This document shows, in pieces, positions 7,758-10,860 of a stretch of DNA of 10,860 nucleotides. The notes beneath the pieces are model-generated. The model was given only the letters and a program-made list of their open reading frames with translations. It did no database searches and was not told the origin of the DNA. This DNA comes from Candidatus Asgardarchaeum abyssi. GTDB taxonomy: Archaea > Asgardarchaeota > Asgardarchaeia > Asgardarchaeales > Asgardarchaeaceae. The stretch is from the NCBI GenBank assembly GCA_040225955.1, contig JBECUL010000065.1, forward strand, positions 1-10,860, in the 5' to 3' direction. Made by a program: the position numbers and the translations under genes. Numbering within the stretch: position 1 is the stretch's first letter; each line of letters starts with the position of its first letter.

Positions 7758-8504
7758 ATGAGAATAAGAGTCAATTTTATTGCGGTTAACGGGGGACTCT
7801 TACCATATAATTATCAGTATGACATACACGTTATGCTAAGGAATTTGCTAAAAAGTCACTCATCATTTATACCACATGAGTATTTCACATTCTCGTGGCT
7901 GTTCTTTCCTCAAAAATGGACTACTAAAAACCCTAGTGGAATTAAGCTTGTTCCAAATACTAGATTATCGCTCTACATTTCCTCTCCAGACAAGAATTTT
8001 ATGAATAATGTTCTTAACGCATTTCAAAAAACATCTAGAGTTAATCTTGGTGACTTAGTACTAAACGTTCACAGTGCAATACCAGTTGATGATCCGCCCT
8101 TTTCTGAGGAAATGAAATTCAAAACACTCTCCCCAATTTTAATTTCAACCCAGATAAAATCAGAAGGACGAATAAGAGTATGGGATCTATCGCCAAACGA
8201 TGATAAATTCTTTGAACAACTACGTGAGAATCTTATTTGGAAGTATACGTATTATTATGGCAACCCTCCAGAATCAAATCATATAAAAATCAGTAAAATA
8301 TATTGGACAAAATCTAAGAGAATTAGAGTTAGAAACATGTTTCATATTTCTCACTTGATGTCATTTTCAATAATCGGGCATCCAGATTTACTAAGATTTG
8401 CGTATGAATGTGGCTTTGGTGAAAAAAATCATTTTGGCTTCGGTATGGTAACGGTTGATACAAAGAAAGAAAAACAAAAAGTTAAGAAAGAAGAGGAAAA
8501 ATGA
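7758..8504 (+). CDS. cas6: Stand-alone Cas6-family (RAMP) protein
   Basis: LPYNYQY, FTFS, YISSP, TLSPI, LRENL..KY and the C-terminal glycine-rich loop GFGEKNHFGFG. Confidence 0.93.
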   Translation: MRIRVNFIAVNGGLLPYNYQYDIHVMLRNLLKSHSSFIPHEYFTFSWLFFPQKWTTKNPSGIKLVPNTRLSLYISSPDKNFMNNVLNAFQKTSRVNLGDLVLNVHSAIPVDDPPFSEEMKFKTLSPILISTQIKSEGRIRVWDLSPNDDKFFEQLRENLIWKYTYYYGNPPESNHIKISKIYWTKSKRIRVRNMFHISHLMSFSIIGHPDLLRFAYECGFGEKNHFGFGMVTVDTKKEKQKVKKEEEK

Positions 8505-8530
8505 TCCAAGAATCCAATGAGTAAACATTA

Positions 8531-8550
8531 TTTTCTTTTCTTTTTATTTT
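8531..8550 (+). terminator. Oligo-T terminator downstream of cas6
   Basis: TTTTCTTTTCTTTTTATTTT in the 50-nt gap between convergent genes. Confidence 0.5.
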
Positions 8551-8554
8551 AATC

Positions 8555-9802
8555 TCAGATCTCTCGTAGAGTATTTTCTAATCTACCAATAATTCCTCTT
8601 AAAGACTTATAAAATCCAGGGGTAACTTCCTTTCTTATTAGCGGTTTATTGCAAATCTCACATTTAAAATTTAGATTTGTTGCTCGACTAAAGCTATAAT
8701 ATTCATTACAACTTGGACAGTAATAGTACTCGAGAGATCGAGAGTCTATTATTTCTTTAAGTTTTTCAATTCTACTTCTAATAAATTCAGCTATAAGCCC
8801 CTTTGCATTATTTGGTGTATAGACAACGATATCACCAAAGTCCCCTTTAAGTATCTGACAAAAACCTAATTTTTCGAGATGTAATGCTATCTGGTAGGCA
8901 GTATCTATATCCATATGAAGGTATCGTGCTATTGTTCTGATGGATGTTTGATTTTTCCAAGCAATAAAGTATAATATTTCTCTATCATTTTTACTTAAGA
9001 TCTTTGTTATTTTTCTTAGAAAACGTCTCTTCGTACATTCTTTCACAAAAAATAGTCTACTAGCAACTTTAGGCAGAATAATGATAAATTTATTATAAAT
9101 TCTTTGGAGATTTTTTGAACCAAAAATTTGAATCTCGCAATCCTTAATAGTATGGGAAATTTTCAATTTATTAAAATACTCAGAAATCTGAGAAAGTAAC
9201 TCCTTTGATTCGCTTCTTATGAAACCAGTAGCTTTTTGAGGCTCTTGAACAATAAACTTATTCGAATTTAAATAACCTTCTACTACTTTATAAGTATCTA
9301 AAAACGGTTGAATTTTTCTTTCTTGAATTCTCCATAATGACAAAATTAGTGATGGTGCAGCATGAATTATAACTCGGACTCTTCCTAGCTCCCTCTTTTC
9401 AATACCATACGTAATCCCCAGCTGCCTAAAAACATATTTTTTTAAAAATCTTAAAACTTGAGGTTCAATCAATATTTTAATAGGTTGAGTTATATTTCGC
9501 CTCTCTAATCTGATAGAACTTCCTAGAACAAGACCATAAAAATAGCTCCAGTATTCATTAGGAATTATCGGAAATCTTGTCCACATAATATATGACTTAT
9601 GTATCTTAAAACCAACAACTGGAAAATTAGGATCTACGCTGGAGCTTACATTTTTGAGATACTCATTCACTTCAAGGAGTATATATTTCGCCCTAGAAAA
9701 TAAGTCACTAACATCCTTTCGAATGTATGATTTATTAACTAATACATACACATTCTTATAGGATTTAAGGTCCGTTATGTCGATTCTGCCATTTAAGTCC
9801 AT
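8555..9802 (-). CDS. Putative fusion: degenerate LAGLIDADG (DOD) endonuclease-like domain + TFE/TFIIE-alpha-like wHTH and C4 zinc ribbon, 415 aa
   Basis: Residues ~76-245 resemble intein endonuclease blocks C, E and H (WSYFYGLVLGSS, VVEGYLNSNK, SESKELLSQISEYFNKLKI). Residues ~269-330 look like a wHTH. Residues 359-388 (YYYCPSCNEYYSFSRATNLNFKCEICNKPL) match the TFE zinc-ribbon pattern and are flanked by helical segments. A GGGTG RBS is present. Confidence 0.72.
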   Translation of the reverse strand: MDLNGRIDITDLKSYKNVYVLVNKSYIRKDVSDLFSRAKYILLEVNEYLKNVSSSVDPNFPVVGFKIHKSYIMWTRFPIIPNEYWSYFYGLVLGSSIRLERRNITQPIKILIEPQVLRFLKKYVFRQLGITYGIEKRELGRVRVIIHAAPSLILSLWRIQERKIQPFLDTYKVVEGYLNSNKFIVQEPQKATGFIRSESKELLSQISEYFNKLKISHTIKDCEIQIFGSKNLQRIYNKFIIILPKVASRLFFVKECTKRRFLRKITKILSKNDREILYFIAWKNQTSIRTIARYLHMDIDTAYQIALHLEKLGFCQILKGDFGDIVVYTPNNAKGLIAEFIRSRIEKLKEIIDSRSLEYYYCPSCNEYYSFSRATNLNFKCEICNKPLIRKEVTPGFYKSLRGIIGRLENTLREI

Positions 9803-10010
9803 TATTTAAGCACCCGCGAGATAAGAAGCATTATACTTATTCTTTTTCTTTATTTTATTATTGTTTATTTGTGCTTGTACTAAAAAACTTTTATGGATAC
9901 TTATTATTGCGTCTCTGATAATTGGTCTATATCAATCAAATCAATTTTTATCAAATGTGAATAAACATTAAATGCGAAAAACGACAACGTACATAAATAG
10001 GTGAAAAGAT

Positions 10011-10772
10011 ATGTCATTCGATATACTTGGAGAAATAATAGAAGAAGAAACTAAGGCCAGGACATGTTTTATAGTGGTCGCAACTTAGATATTTTTATCT
10101 CTAAAGATGGAAAAGTACATAGTGGAAAATTTGTAGCAGATAAAAAAGATGAAAGCAGCATAAAAGAGTATTGTAAGTGCTTTAAAGGCACTCGACTTTG
10201 TAGAATCTAAAAGTGGACTTGAGGGGAGTATATACCAACAGCTAAGGGTAGAGAATTTCTTAAAAAGCCGACGACAATAGGTTATGAAATCATCCAATTA
10301 AAAAATCAATGGTAAACCATCAGGTATTTCCATTGTAGAAATCAACTTTCTAGATTTATAAGTGCTGTCGAAAGTAAAGCTATTTTAAGACTCATTGGAA
10401 ATATATAAGTTGAAAGCTCTGGAGACAAGGTGAAATTTGACCCAACCCCATTAACAAGACTTATTGTAGAAGGAGAGGTTATTGAGAAAGACGACTTACG
10501 AAAAGAGATAATCATAAGAATAACGACAATGACGAGCATCCCGAGAGAGATTGCCAAGAATATTATGTCAAAGAACTTGATTTCATCTAGCCTAAATGAT
10601 TCATTACGTTATGTGACAGATGTTCTATATTCAAGGAATATAATGAGGAGGAGCTGTAATAGAGGATGGTAAAATCGTAGGACTTATAACAACTTCGGAA
10701 ATAGCAAAAGCATTAAAGGAGGGATCTTTAGATGCTAAAGTATCAGGCTGTATTAGAAAGGATGTACATGTT
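10011..10772 (+). pseudogene. Degraded wHTH + CBS-domain transcriptional regulator (COG2524-like), truncated by an IS end
   Basis: Fragments in alternating frames join up as SIVSALKALDFVESKSG / EYIPTAKGREFL / GDKVKFDPTPLTRLIVEGEV..SIP..IMSKNLI / GAVIEDGKIVGLITTSEIAKAL..AKVSGCIRKDVHV. Frameshifts fall near 10162, 10225, 10300, 10355 and 10645, with an in-frame TAA at 10406-10408. The 5' boundary (ATG 10011 after AGGTGA) is uncertain. Confidence 0.8.
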
Positions 10773-10860
10773 TTGACCTCCTCCCCGCACTAAAGTGCGG
10801 GGAATCCTAAGATTCCCCGGCGGGGAGGTTCGACCATCCTCCACCGGGAAAAATCCCAGT
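10773..10860 (-). mobile_element. Right end of an IS200/IS605-family (tnpB-type) element or derived MITE, continuing beyond the window
   Basis: Abrupt GC jump at about 10773. The minus strand reads ..GGATTCCCCGCACTTTAGTGCGGGGAGGAGGTCAA, i.e. a subterminal hairpin (TCCCCGCAC-TAAA-GTGCGGGGA, 10782-10803) followed by GGAGGTCAA, as is typical of IS605-group right ends. Confidence 0.8.

Noticed and set aside
8333-8350. Partial match (AACATGT..) in cas6 to the predicted TnpB guide, suggesting RNA-guided targeting of cas6
   Set aside because: Only 7 contiguous matching bases; not distinguishable from chance.
8555-9802. Interpretation as an intein-containing TFE or an active homing endonuclease
   Set aside because: No Hint-domain splice motifs (N-terminal Cys/Ser block, C-terminal His-Asn) are apparent, and the acidic catalytic residues of both LAGLIDADG-like helices are absent.
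10085-10672. ORFs 10085..10297 (-), 10342..10557 (-) and 10430..10672 (+) as independent genes
   Set aside because: The first two are antisense to the CBS-regulator pseudogene; the third is one of its fragments.
10809-10860. GC-rich stem with GGTTCGA resembling a tRNA T-loop
   Set aside because: No cloverleaf, anticodon arm or acceptor stem can be built; better explained as an IS-end RNA structure.

Overview
AT-rich archaeal window (GGTG(A)/GGAGG ribosome-binding sites, BRE/TATA-like promoters). The Rab-like small GTPase suggests an Asgard archaeon (inference). From left to right: the 3' end of an upstream gene, possibly an IS; a 58-aa short-alpha3 (face-to-face type) histone missed by the ORF track; a panB + pantoate kinase CoA-precursor operon on the minus strand; four co-oriented plus-strand enzymes (class II aldolase, radical SAM protein, xylose-isomerase-like TIM barrel, M17 leucyl aminopeptidase); and a Rab-like GTPase. 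These are followed by a stand-alone Cas6 with an apparently remodelled active-site region and no CRISPR array in the window, and a convergent 415-aa protein that appears to fuse a degenerate intein-type LAGLIDADG endonuclease to a TFE/TFIIE-alpha module (wHTH + C4 zinc ribbon). The window ends with a frameshifted wHTH-CBS regulator pseudogene cut off by the right end of an IS200/IS605-family element with omegaRNA-like hairpins. The LAGLIDADG-TFE fusion and the solo Cas6 are the best candidates for undescribed biology. All family assignments come from motif recognition by eye; no searches were run.
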